From Aplysia californica (taxonomy: Eukaryota): DNA of 52,406 nt. This document shows, one piece after another, positions 12,820 to 24,800 of the stretch. Where the stretch lies: the NCBI RefSeq assembly GCF_000002075.1, contig NW_004797426.1:392998-445403 (forward strand). Direction: 5' to 3'. The translations under genes and the position numbers were made by a program. Under the pieces are notes generated by a model. It saw only the letters and a list, made by a program, of their open reading frames with translations. It ran no database searches and was not told where the DNA came from. How positions within the stretch are numbered: position 1 is the first letter of the stretch; each line of letters starts with the position of its first letter.

Positions 12820-13262
12820 ACTATTGCAATAGATGTCAGGACTTTAGGCTTTGAACAGTATAGCAGTCTCTGCACTTAATCACAGTGATCTCTTCACTGG
12901 GCACCACAAAAAAAAAGTGGGTAAAAGTATCTCTCAAAAATGTGGTGAAAGTCGAACAAGTGGTTGCTGAGAATTCTTGCTTCAAATGTTTGCACAATTG
13001 TGTGGACGAACTATTGAGAAATTTGTGTGTGTGACTATGCAGAGAAAGAAAGGACTCTTTGCAGTTTGCTGTTGCTGTCACTTTGAGAGTTTGTCATGAT
13101 CCAGTGAGAAGACTCAAACTCAAATGGTCACAACATTGGAATGGATCTGTAAAAACTTTGTGCTTGTCCCGACAAATTGATGTCATGTAGTTGAAGCTAC
13201 TGGAACATCGCTTTACTTCAAATGTTCTGAAAGGCATAGATACATGTGTGAATGTTTTGTGT

Positions 13263-13436
13263 ACCCTGAAGGCTTTTGGTAAAGCTCGTCCACCCTGAAG
13301 GCTTTTGGTAAAGCTCGTCCACCCTGAAGGCTTTTGGTAAAGCTCGTCCACCCTGAAGGCTTTTGGTAAAGCTCGTCCACCCTGAAGGCTTTTGGTAAAG
13401 CTCGTCCACCCTGAAGGCTTTTGGTAAAGCTCGTCC
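13263..13436 (+). repeat. Perfect 29-bp tandem repeat x6 (accctgaaggcttttggtaaagctcgtcc)
   Basis: Six identical adjacent units with no spacers. Confidence 0.95.
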
Positions 13437-15151
13437 AATTTCCTCATGAAAAGTTGTGTGTACAGGTGTAATCATTTGTTTTTCTAGATAGATTTTGATT
13501 TGGGTAAGTGTGCAAGTTGAAGCAGGAAAGAAGTGGGGGGGGGGGAAGGCTTTTTGTCTGTCTTGTAATATCTGCTCTGTAGAGATATTCAAAACATATT
13601 TAGTGCATTTTAGATGAAGTACACGTGTACCTCTCAAAGTGATTATCTAGCTCAAAGATTTATAATGTGGTAAATCTTACAACTGATATTCTTTGAATTT
13701 GTCGCGCAGAACTGAATGCCTTCAACTTCATATTTCATGTCCATGAGACTTTTGTCATACATTCTTTGCTTTGTAATTCTGTATAGTTTCTTTGAACTAT
13801 TGTTTAATAAAGAAAAAAGTTTACTTTTTTATAAATTTAAATGTGCTGTTCTTTCTTGAATTTGGAATAAGAATTTTGAGTCTTGTGTTCAACTATTTTT
13901 TACACCTTTGGCTTTTACTGTCCTTTGTGGGAGGGATGATGCAGAAGGATAGTCTATTATAAAAGATGTGATCTTACGAAGATGTACCCTTTACAACTTG
14001 TTGAGAGAGTGGTTGGGGGGGGTGCTCTGGTGTGGTTTGCTCCTTCTTTCCTTTCAAACATCTATCGTCCTCATCTTGTCTATCGTCCTCATCTCGCTTC
14101 CTTCTCTTTTTTGTGCATGTTACTCTTTTGTAACAGTAACACATCTAATCTCCGGCACTTATATGACCGTATTGTGTTGCAAGTGCCCTAAAACTCTTAC
14201 TGAAACAAAAACAGCTTGTTGAGAAGGTTTCCGATACCAATTTGTCACTGGTGTCTGTGGTGTAGAGGTTAGGGGCTTTGCTGCCACATGCAGGAGACCC
14301 GAGTTTGATTCTCGAGTGGGGTGAAAATTTTTGTCGTGTATCTTTTAGTCTTTTTCTTCTGCTGGGATGTTTCCCTGTCAGCCCGGGCTGGCCCTGATCT
14401 ATATAGGGATACAGAGTTTTGGTTTTTAGTTTTAGTAGAAATTTTACGGCGCTCGCAACTACGTAAGGTCATATGAGCACCAAAATGTTTTGGCGATTGG
14501 TTTCTCTTGTGGGGGAGAACACTCTACTCTACCTCATCCTCTACTCTTTGTTTAAACTTAGATGGGTGGGTGGTTGGCGGGTGGTGCTCTGGTGTGGTTT
14601 GCTCCTTTTTTCCCATCAAATATTTATCGTCCTGATCTCTCCTCCTTCTTTTTTGTGTTTGTTACTCTCTTGTAACACCTCCAATCTTCGGCACTTATTT
14701 TTGTATGACCTTATTGTGTTGCAAGTGCCATTAAACTCTTACTAAAACTATTTTTTAAAAAAAGACTTCGATAGGATGCATCCCACAGAGACTGGGTAGA
14801 CTGTACATTTACTTTCTTTAGCCCAGGATAACAAAGAGGAATCTTGACTTTAGCAGTGGGTGGTTGGCGTGTGCTCTGGTATGGTTTGCTTCTTCTTTCC
14901 TATCAAACATCTATCGTCTTTATCTCCCCTTTTTCTTTTTTATGTTCGTTACTCTCTTGTAACACCTCTAATCTTCTGGCGCTCATGACCTTATGCAGTT
15001 GCGAGCGCCGTAAAACCTCAAAGAAAACTAAACTGACTTTAGCAGGTACTGCCAGACAGAGCAGCCTATCTCCAGAATAGTCCGATTTGTGCCCATACAG
15101 GGTGGAGGACACTGCTGAGCCCGCTCAAACTGAACTCTAAATTAAATTAAA

Positions 15152-15334
15152 CTGTCCCCGTGGTTTTAGGCACCCTGCATAATTTAGCAAAATTAGATCA
15201 TTTTTTGCATAATTTCTTTTCATATTATTTTCCGTAACCATTCTTTGTTAAAATTAACAGAATCGCATAAATTCACATTTTTAGGATCAGTTTGCATAAG
15301 TGAGATTGTATTTTGCATAACACTGCGGGGACAG
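15152..15334. mobile_element. MITE, same family as 12636-12819 (opposite orientation)
   Basis: ctgtccccgtggtttta...ctgcggggacag ends and a shared internal sequence. Confidence 0.75.
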
Positions 15335-15344
15335 ATCAACCACG

Positions 15345-15693
15345 GCACTGCCTGCCAGCCTATCAGCCTCCTCATTGCCCTTCACTTCACTTCAGAGTGC
15401 CCGGGACAGAATATCCACGTGATGGCTCTAAGTGATGAGTGTTGTATTGGGTTCATCCATTCACTCCGAAGCAGCCCTTTCTCAACCCTTCGCAGGATGC
15501 TCTGGGAGTCTGTGACAATGATGAGATGGGTAGTTCTTGGTCTTGTATTTTGAAGCCAGCCAAGCGTTCTTATTACGGCCTCAATCTCCATTTTCATGCT
15601 TGAGTTTGTTCTTTTCAAGGCCCCTGACATGCTTTGATGAACCTGTTTGACGAACGAAGTTTGTTCCCAGTGTACACTACGAAAGCCCCACCC

Positions 15694-15751
<58 letters not shown>

Positions 15752-16310
15752 GACCGATCCATCCCTGTAGATCACTGGGTCCTCTGGCTTGGAATGCTCC
15801 TCAATTAACGGTCATATGTCATTGTCGTTAATGACAGCAGCACATTCCCGTCTTCCACGACCCATAGTGATGAGAACCTTGGCCAGGCTTCTGCAATCGG
15901 GGTTCAGTTCAAACCATTCCTTTCCACAGAATATTTCATCGATGCCACAAACTGCCCTCAATGAGTCTTCAGTTTCTCCCATCCATGATCTTCCCGCTTT
16001 GATCCTGTTTCCCTTGATGCTGATTAGGTTGTCTGGAAAAGGGTGCCTCGGGTCTCCCAAAACATTCAAGTACAGCTTTGCCTGTGCCACCTTATGCCTC
16101 ACTCTGATGCTGGCCAGGTAGAGGATGTATCTCATACAGACAACATGGGTGTCCTTTGTGCAACCCAAGACAGCCCTCATAGCTGCATTCTGTACTCTCT
16201 CCAACCTGTCTATCTGAGTCTTGGACAGGGAGAGGATGCCCAGACCATAGTCTATGGTTGACAGAACAACCAGCTGCATTAGGAGTAACAGAACTCTCTG
16301 TTTAATTTCC
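15345..16310 (-). mobile_element. Truncated non-LTR retrotransposon ORF2 fragment (RT C-terminus + RNase H; I-group-like)
   Basis: LSTIDYG...LERVQNAAMRAVLG; RNase H motifs EIEAV, IIVTDSQSIL, WIFCPGHSEVK; interrupted by (CT)n at ~15697-15748. Confidence 0.8.
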
Positions 16311-16389
16311 GCTAAACAGACAGCACTAAAGACAAAACTGCGACCAAGACAATAAATAAAGCAATACCCTTTTATTGGGAGAAAAATAT

Positions 16390-16410
16390 TGGGTGGCCCT
16401 AAAAAGGGCC
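16390..16410 (-). promoter_or_regulatory. Histone mRNA 3' stem-loop GGCCCTTTTTAGGGCC-ACCCA; AATAAA/purine-rich element at 16376-16367
   Basis: Reverse complement of tgggtggccctaaaaagggcc gives a 6-bp stem, 4-nt loop and ACCCA tail matching the SLBP-binding consensus. Confidence 0.88.
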
Positions 16411-16495
16411 AGTGGTTATAAAAAAAATAAAAGAGGCGACAAAATCACCTCTCTGTCCAACGTGAGATAAATTGGCGACTTTCCTCCCAAAACCT

Positions 16496-17056
16496 TCAAG
16501 TTCCAGCGGAAGCTTTGGTTCGAGCAGGCTTCCGGTATCCCAGCTCCTGTTTCCGGTTCCGCCGGGCGAGTCTCGGAGCCGCCGTGGGGTTGGGCGCGCG
16601 AGGGTCCGCTCTGGTGCGACCTCTCTTCAGCGCCTTGTTGTTCTCCTCGGCCGTACTCCCCGGCAGGAAGATCCGGAGAATGTCCAGCCCGCCCCTGCCC
16701 AACGCCTTGGCTGCTCTCACAAACAACCAATCGGAGCTGTCGCTCTTCACGACTGCTCCCCTACGGCGGCGGGCAGGAGGCCGTTCTGGATCGCCCGAGT
16801 TCGAGTTGGACCCACGGCGCATCGCGGCGCTCTTCTTCACTTTCGCTTTGGGATTTTGCTGCGGGAGCGCCTTCCCTTTCCGGCGGCCGAGCGTTCCGGC
16901 AACGAGCTGTTTGCTACGAGTTCGCGCAGCTCTCACGGTTTCTCTGCGTGCGACGCCAAGTTGCTTCCTTCTGTAGCGGGTTCTTGGCCTGAGTCTCATG
17001 CTGGAGGAAAAGTGGCCCGGTCGGAGAGCGGTTGAGTTCTCCCCAGCCGGAGGCAT
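16496..17056 (-). CDS. Arg/Lys-rich histone H1-like / protamine-like protein, 186 aa, intronless (possibly degenerate)
   Basis: GC-rich ORF with about 34 Arg and 15 Lys. Segment LFVRAAKALGRGGLDILRIFL...NKALKRG resembles the H1 winged helix. Canonical histone 3' stem-loop 85 nt after the stop. Confidence 0.6.
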   Translation of the reverse strand: MPPAGENSTALRPGHFSSSMRLRPRTRYRRKQLGVARRETVRAARTRSKQLVAGTLGRRKGKALPQQNPKAKVKKSAAMRRGSNSNSGDPERPPARRRRGAVVKSDSSDWLFVRAAKALGRGGLDILRIFLPGSTAEENNKALKRGRTRADPRAPNPTAAPRLARRNRKQELGYRKPARTKASAGT

Positions 17057-17764
17057 TTCGCTGGCGCGACACTTCTTTCCAAGTTTGTACGGACCTCCGG
17101 GAGACACAGAGCGACGCCACACGGGAGCTGTGTTGTGCACTGTATAGGCCTATAGGTCTACACAGTAGGCCTAGGCTAGCACACTTTTGTCAGGATTAGT
17201 AAGAGTTTCACGCCACTTGCAACACAATAAAGCTGAAGATTAGAGGCGTTGCAAGGGCTGTAAAACTCTTTTATTATAAAGAAACAAAAAAGTACAATGT
17301 AAAACCCCTGTGTCCTCCAACAGTGTGACTGTGCGTGGTGGGCAGACGCTCTGATGATATCGTTGGTGTTACCTCCTTCCTTTCCTTGTTCCTACCAAAC
17401 ATCTATCGTTCTTATCTCTGCTGTTTTTCTTTTGTGGTAGTAAATTGTAGGTTGCTACTCTCTCGGTGCACTTCTTCTAATCTTCGAAACTTATACGTTA
17501 CACGACAAAATTTGTTGCAAATGCCGTAAAACTCTTTCTTAAACTATACTATATAAAACATCGTGTCTGGGTGTTTTACATATTTACAAGTCAGAAAAAA
17601 GCGTCTTCTAAATTTTTCAAGACTCACCATGAGATCTTGAAACATCTAATCAACTGAACACACACCACAAGACCCGATCCCTGCACCTAAACGCACCACG
17701 CCTGTCCGGAATTAAACAATAGAACAAACTACTCTGATCCTCCTCACCTAGCCTACCACTCCAC

Positions 17765-19564
17765 ATGGCTTTCCCAAGTCCCACAAAACCCGATATAATC
17801 AATTTCTCTCGTCCTCCTCCCTTGGGTAAGAACGGAAAAGGCATCTTCTCTCGTCACGTAGATGGCAAAAATGAGGTGAGAGGGGAGGAGGAGAGGAAGA
17901 AAATCGGTGCAGATGTTCTGCTTGGAATGGTAGAAGGAGCTCTTAGGAGAATGGAGAGGGAACATGGTTCCACCTTGCAGGTCTGTTAGACGAGTTCTTG
18001 GTTCTTCTGACTTCTCTAAGTTCTAATTATTATATAGGCCTTTCCACGATGATCCATGAAAAACAAAATTGCAGTGACACATGTAACGCGGATATGGTGG
18101 CCCCGCCCCCTGAAGAAAATTCTAAAGTCATTTTCAAGATACAGTATTTATATAATTGCATTGGAAAAAGGTTGATATGTTCTGAAACTCAAACATTTTC
18201 ACGGCAGATTTCTCCAAAACTATACTGAGCAGGTAGAACTTTAACATTCTGAGTAGGCATATTAATAACTATAGAATAATAGAAGCAAAATTAAATCTGT
18301 TCAATGCTTACTTTACCCCCCCCNNNNNNNNNNNNNNNNNNNNNNNNNNNNNNNNNNNNNNNNNNNNNNNNNNNNNNNNNNNNNNNNNNNNNNNNNNNNN
18401 NNNNNNNNNNNNNNNNNNNNNNNNNNNNNNNNNNNNNNNNNNNNNNNNNNNNNNNNNNNNNNNNNNNNNNNNNNNNNNNNNNNNNNNNNNNNNNNNNNNN
18501 NNNNNNNNNNNNNNNNNNNNNNNNNNNNNNNNNNNNNNNNNNNNNNNNNNNNNNNNNNNNNNNNNNNNNNNNNNNNNNNNNNNNNNNNNNNNNNNNNNNN
18601 NNNNNNNNNNNNNNNNNNNNNNNNNNNNNNNNNNNNNNNNNNNNNNNNNNNNNNNNNNNNNNNNNNNNNNNNNNNNNNNNNNNNNNNNNNNNNNNNNNNN
18701 NNNNNNNNNNNNNNNNNNNNNNNNNNNNNNNNNNNNNNNNNNNNNNNNNNNNNNNNNNNNNNNNNNNNNNNNNNNNNNNNNNNNNNNNNNNNNNNNNNNN
18801 NNNNNNNNNNNNNNNNNNNNNNNNNNNNNNNNNNNNNNNNNNNNNNNNNNNNNNNNNNNNNNNNNNNNNNNNNNNNNNNNNNNNNNNNNNNNNNNNNNNN
18901 NNNNNNNNNNNNNNNNNNNNNNNNNNNNNNNNNNNNNNNNNNNNNNNNNNNNNNNNNNNNNNNNNNNNNNNNNNNNNNNNNNNNNNNNNNNNNNNNNNNN
19001 NNNNNNNNNNNNNNNNNNNNNNNNNNNNNNNNNNNNNNNNNNNNNNNNNNNNNNNNNNNNNNNNNNNNNNNNNNNNNNNNNNNNNNNNNNNNNNNNNNNN
19101 NNNNNNNNNNNNNNNNNNNNNNNNNNNNNNNNNNNNNNNNNNNNNNNNNNNNNNNNNNNNNNNNNNNNNNNNNNNNNNNNNNNNNNNNNNNNNNNNNNNN
19201 NNNNNNNNNNNNNNNNNNNNNNNNNNNNNNNNNNNNNNNNNNNNNNNNNNNNNNNNNNNNNNNNNNNNNNNNNNNNNNNNNNNNNNNNNNNNNNNNNNNN
19301 NNNNNGGACATCCGGCGACACCTGGTGTCCGGTCAGCTCATCCATCAGCGCACCGACATCCGGCCGGCCGTCATCCTGGGCCTGAGGAAAGGGCGGGTAG
19401 TCCGCGCCGCTGGGGCGGTGGAGGCCGGGCTGTTGGGACGTTACGAGGTCAGAGAGGTGAGGGGAGGGCAGGTCAAGGTCAAGCCTCAGTGGAAGGCCAA
19501 GGTCAGGGGGAGACGAGCGGGGGCAACCTGCAGGAGCAGGGACCCGCGGAGCAAGAGGAAATAG
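17765..19564 (+). CDS. Linker histone H1-like (H15 domain) protein, ~157 aa; join(17765..17980,19307..19564)
   Basis: Phase-0 join of CAG|GTCTGT to ..G|GAC gives LLGMVEGALRRMEREHGSTLQ-DIRRHLVSGQLIHQRTDIRPAVILGLRKGRVVRAAGAVEAGLLGRYEV, a continuous H1 globular-domain pattern, then a short basic tail; AATAAA at 19739. The acceptor is mostly hidden in the N gap. Confidence 0.7.
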
Positions 19565-20744
19565 ACCTCTACTTGAAGTAAGAAATACTCGTCGTATTGA
19601 TTCAAGCGCCGTGTTCACCTGAATTGGCATGTCCAGTAACCTACCGTCATCTTTCTCTTTCTAACATTCAGAAACATCAGGTTTTTGAGGTGCAGAAATA
19701 TTGATTTATTGAAATTTGGAGTAAACGACATGTGTAATAATAAATGAATACCAAAGGAATCATTTTCAATTGTCATTTAGTGATAATATTATTATATTAT
19801 AGTCACNNNNNNNNNNNNNNNNNNNNNNNNNNNNNNNNNNNNNNNNNNNNNNNNNNNNNNNNNNNNNNNNNNNNNNNNNNNNNNNNNNNNNNNNNNNNNN
19901 NNNNNNNNNNNNNNNNNNNNNNNNNNNNNNNNNNNNNNNNNNNNNNNNNNNNNNNNNNNNNNNNNNNNNNNNNNNNNNNNNNNNNNNNNNNNNNNNNNNN
20001 NNNNNNNNNNNNNNNNNNNNNNGGGGGGGGGGGGGGTTTGCAAAAATACCCTGTGCCTGCTTCTCTGGTAGGAAAAAAAGTTCAACTTGAGTTCAAGGCC
20101 TTGTTAAACACAGAACATGAAAATCTTATGGTGAGGTAAATTGTAACCTCACCAAAAATTGCATGAGATATAAAAGAACGAGGAATCTAGAAGAAATCAA
20201 TTCAGAAAGGAACAAACATCAAACAGGCAACCCCTCCTCCCAACCCCCCCCCCCAACCCAAATAAATAGGAAACTTAAATTAAAATAAATTTATGAGGTA
20301 AGATACAGGATAATTTACAAAGTCAACATCCTTCTAAGACAAGGTTAAAGAAGCTTTTAAATTACTGGGGATTCAAGTAAGGGCCATCTGCACCACAGTC
20401 CAGTATGGTATCAACTGAGCTAACATTAATTAAACACTAGACTAACGCTACTGCACTCAACAAAACAGGAGGAAAAATGAGAACAACAATATAAATGAAA
20501 GTTGTAGGAATTAAATTAATTTATTCAACCTTTTTTTAGAATATTCCCTCAATATAAACAAATCGGACGTCTTGCATCGTGGACCACCTAGACAGCATCA
20601 GTAATCAGTAACAGTACCACCATACCACACACCAGGCGTAAACACCCACACAAATCCTTCAGTCATCATCAAACATTCTGAAAAAGTGGCCATTTTTTTC
20701 CTATACCCATTTCACCCGCTCAGAGTAAGAAGACAGTCACGGGC

Positions 20745-20935
20745 CTACTGTCTGTCTATACATACATGTTGCTGTTGCACATGTCTGTCATATCCAGGCC
20801 AGTCCATATTTTCATGTTGTCCATCCATGTTGTTCTTTGTCTTTCCCTGGCTCTTCTGCTCCACATCCTTCCTTCAAGCACCTCTTTCACAATGGTTTTG
20901 TGTTGTTTTTTTAAGTGGCCATAGTATTGTATTTT
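20745..20935 (-). mobile_element. Degenerate RTE-type LINE 3' fragment
   Basis: YYGHL...VLEGR...RRARERQRTTWMDNMKIWTG, typical of the RTE ORF2 C-terminus. Confidence 0.65.
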
Positions 20936-21329
20936 CCTAAATGTTATTTTATTTAGCGGGGCTCGTCTCCCGTCATACACCATTTTGAAAAGTGACCTAT
21001 GACAGTCTTACACTACTGAGCAGTCGATTTATGTTCATAGCTACTTTCGACTTGCCGAATAAATGATGACTGAAGGATTTGTCAGATCACTCAATCAAAC
21101 AGCTTGTACGATAACACAATCATATTCATATATATATATAAGCCAGTCATCACATGGACAGAAAACAAGTGCAAAATCTCTATCATACATATGTATTTAC
21201 ATACAAACTAGTAATACCAGTACATTTTTATCGTAAATGCTCATTACAATTACAGATTTAAAAGTGAAAGAGAAACCCACTCAGAAAATATCCACAGGGA
21301 GGGGATGTAGAAAAAACGTAACCCTTTAA

Positions 21330-21568
21330 CCCTATCCGTGCGTCGTGTTTTGCTATCGTATCCATACACCGTGGGGAACTCTGTGCCACCACTTTCCAAA
21401 GAGGAAATTTACTCGTTAATCCAATCCATATGCTTTGCATAGCAGTCTGTCAAAATGATTTTTGAGAAATACTGAAAGTTTCAAAGACATCTTCGTACTA
21501 GAAGTATTCTAAAATGTGAAGAATACAACCCTGGGGGTACAAAATGACCCAAGGGTGTACAAATAGGG
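21330..21568. mobile_element. piggyBac-like MITE
   Basis: TTAA|CCCTAT...ATAGGG|TTAA. Confidence 0.55.
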
Positions 21569-23604
21569 TTAATTAAGCTCTGGTTCCCTGAGCCTACAGC
21601 GGAAACCCAGAGAGACAAATAAATACATTTTAGCAAAAGTAAGAAGCCCGGAATGAGACGTGCGTTTCTTTCCATCGGCTTAACATGATTGAGAAAAGCA
21701 GGAAAGTTGATATCATGTAGGAATGTGGAGACAGCACAAATGGAAACAGACCAATAAAAGAATGTTCGCACCTGCAGAACAGTAACTTGTAACTGAGTAA
21801 GAGACGAAGCCAAATAAGAGAGGGTGAATGATCCACGAAAGTTCTCATTATGACAAGACGTTAGTGCACAGGTAAAAAAAAAAAGGTTTTAGTTTTCGTC
21901 TTAGTAAAAGTTTTACGGCACTTGCAACAAAAATTGGTCATATAAATGCTGAAGATTAGAGGGGTTACTAGAAGTAACATACAAAGAAAAGAAGGAGAGA
22001 TAAGAATTATTGATGTTGGATAAGAAAGAAGGAGCGAAGTACACCACAGCACCTGCCAACCACCCATTTTATCATAGGCATGATGTAAGTGCAAAGGTCA
22101 AGATAAAAACAGTTACCCACCATTACAAGACAAGAACTCAAGAACATACTACATCTCTCGACATTCCACTGTTGTAAAAGAAAAAAGAACAGCAGCCAAA
22201 AATTAAGGAAAAAAAACAAAAATTTTTTTTTGCTATAGAAGAAGAGCAACTCAACTGCTAGAGCAAAGGAAAAACAGCAAAACTTCATGACATTCCAGGA
22301 AATGTAGGCCTCATGTTGTCACACAAGTTTATAGTAACAAACGCTCACACAGATCCAGCAGAGAGGAATGACTCAAACTGTAAACCAATTGGTCGCAAAG
22401 AGGTCAGTGTTGTTAATATTGTGAATACCTACAGTCTCATCCCATTGCCTGACCCTGTATAGCAGTATCATCACCTCATCAAACATACAGACTTCCATCA
22501 CGAAGTGTACGAAAAGTAGTGTGAGAAACAGTGTATTGTAACGCCTCTAGCAACACTGTAAGGTTATTTCCAAGAGGCTGAACCTCTGAATTCAGTATCC
22601 ATCTCCGACATTCACACGCACACACACACTCCCATTATATACGTCCTGTGTGTGTGTGTGTGGGTGTTTGTGTTTGTGTGTGGGTGGGTGGGTGTTTGTG
22701 CGTGTCTGTGTCTGTGTGAGTGAGTGTGTGTGAGAGTAAGATAATGAGCTAAATGAGAAATTTTGTGTAGAGTCCTTTTCCTCAAGGACCCAACATTGAA
22801 CCGAGCCGAACTTCCTGTACCTGAACTTGCAACCTCATGATGATTCCGAGTCCGGTACCCTCACCACAAGACTACCAATGACATATCCATGCACTGTGAA
22901 GAATCTCAAAAGTTCAAATCAACAAAGTAATGAAAAATGACAAAAAACACAATATCTCAGAAGTTGAAAGCCCACAAAAAACCCTTAGAAAAAACAATCC
23001 TATCAGTTGTATTCTTGTCCGTGGCAACAAAAAACACACAACACAGAAAATCTCATTACACAGGCTTTCATCTCGTACAACATGAGTAACTTACATTAAA
23101 ATGAAACACAAAGCACTAGGAATAATATGTAAAGCTTTTGAAAATAAAAAATAAAATTCTCATTACATAACACTCATGCATGAGTGTGCAATATATGTCT
23201 GACACTTCCTCTTCCACTCTCTCATTATACATTTGAATTTACAACTAACTGGTTACTGCCCACCCCCCAAAAAACAAAAAAAACACAAAAAACCCCCCCC
23301 CCCCCCCCGCAAAAACCCCTAAAACAAAACCCTCCCCCGAATATAAAAAAAAAAAATCAGTTGCCACTCAACAGTGCAATAACACTGATGCCACTTGCAC
23401 AAATGTGTGTGTACATATGATACATACACATTATCGTACATAATAAACACACACTCATTTGTACATGAATCACATAGGCCTACACAACCATAAACAAAAC
23501 ATAATGTGTTAAATTGCTCATATATCATGTACATAATCTTGAACATATACACAGGTGTCTGTGCAGACACCTACATAAATACGAGCCAGATAAATAAATT
23601 AATA

Positions 23605-24800
23605 TCCCGTCAAAGACGGTTGCAGTACACTTCTGCCGAACAGGCAGACGTGTGCTGCAGCCGGATTTGACACTATACGGGGAAAGGATTCCCGTCCAGG
23701 ACCAAGCTCGTTTCCTCGGCGTCATTTTCGACAAAAAAACTTACATTCATACCACACATCAAAGACCTTCGTGTGAGGTGCCAGAAAGCGTTAAACGCTT
23801 TGAAAATTCTATCAAATCCGGAGTGGGGCGGGGACTCAAAACACCTTCTCCACTTGTACATCTCCCTTGTCCGGTCCAGGCTTGACTACGGCTGTCAAGT
23901 CTACGGATCGGCAAAACCACACGTCTTAAAAATACTAGATCCAATACAAAACCAAGGACTCCGCCTCGCTCTGGGGGCTTTCGCACTTCTCCGGTGGAGA
24001 GCCTCCAGGCCGAGGCCAACATACCACCACTCTCACTCAGACGCACACAACTCTCACTACAATACGCAGTTAAACAGAGCTCAACACCGGAAAATCCAGC
24101 GCACAACAGCATTTTTCAAACAAATCCAGAAACCAGAAACAGATTCCAAAACAACGAAAAACTCATCAAACCTTTCGGCCTCAGAATCCTCGAGGACCTC
24201 AAAAACTTACACTTTTCCAAACAAGACATCCAACAAATTCTTTTCCCCGACCTCCCTCCGTGGCACCTCACCAAGGCAAAAGTAGATTTACAGCTGACCA
24301 CACACAACAAAGAAAGCACAAACACCAAAACTTTTCAAGCAGAATACAAAAAACTAATAGATAAATACCCCGGTGCGGAGCTCATCTTCACGGATGGCTC
24401 CAAAAAAGACAATGAAGTGGGCGCCGCAGCCCTATCTCCCAACAATACACACCAGAGGAGACTCCATCCTGAAGCCTCCATTTTCACTGCGGAGGCCACT
24501 GCCATTGACATGGCACTGGACTCTGTAGAAAATTCCCCTAACAAATCTTTCCTTATCCTTTCTGACTCTCTGTCTTGCATCACCTCACTCACAAACTACA
24601 CACTCCTACACCCAAAAATAGTTAGGCTACAACAGAAAATCCATACACTATCCGAAACAGGAAAAAACATCATGTTCGCATGGATACCCAGCCATGTGGG
24701 CATCCGAGGAAACGAGCAGGTAGACGACCTGGCGAAGAAAGCTTCATCCCTTCCATTCACACAAACACACATGGACCTGCAAACAAAGTTCCAACAAACA
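23605..24800 (+). mobile_element. Truncated, frameshifted LINE ORF2 (RT C-terminus + RNase H; I-group-like)
   Basis: RFLGVIFD, WGGD...LYISLVRSRLDYGCQVYGSA, IFTDGSK, SIFTAEATAI, ILSDSLS, WIPSHVGIRGNEQVDDLAK; split over three frames. Confidence 0.9.

Larger units (their letters stand above)
11644..13830 (+). other. Probable GM2A 3'UTR exon with AATAAA at 13806-13811
   Basis: Donor TAG|GTAAGG immediately after the stop (10804); acceptor ttctacttttcag at 11643; AATAAA followed by T/GT-rich sequence. Confidence 0.5.

Noticed and set aside
13263-13436. CRISPR-like 29-bp direct repeats (also the 32-bp and 25-bp arrays)
   Set aside because: Units are contiguous with no unique spacers, there are no cas genes, and the context is eukaryotic.
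16472-17035. Plus-strand ORFs of 187 and 153 aa
   Set aside because: Antisense shadows of the GC-rich minus-strand ORF; the stem-loop orientation supports the minus strand.
18304-19630. Long ORFs of 330-440 aa, and similar X-filled ORFs at 2046-5165, 26324, 49612 and 51987
   Set aside because: Artefacts of N gaps and microsatellites.
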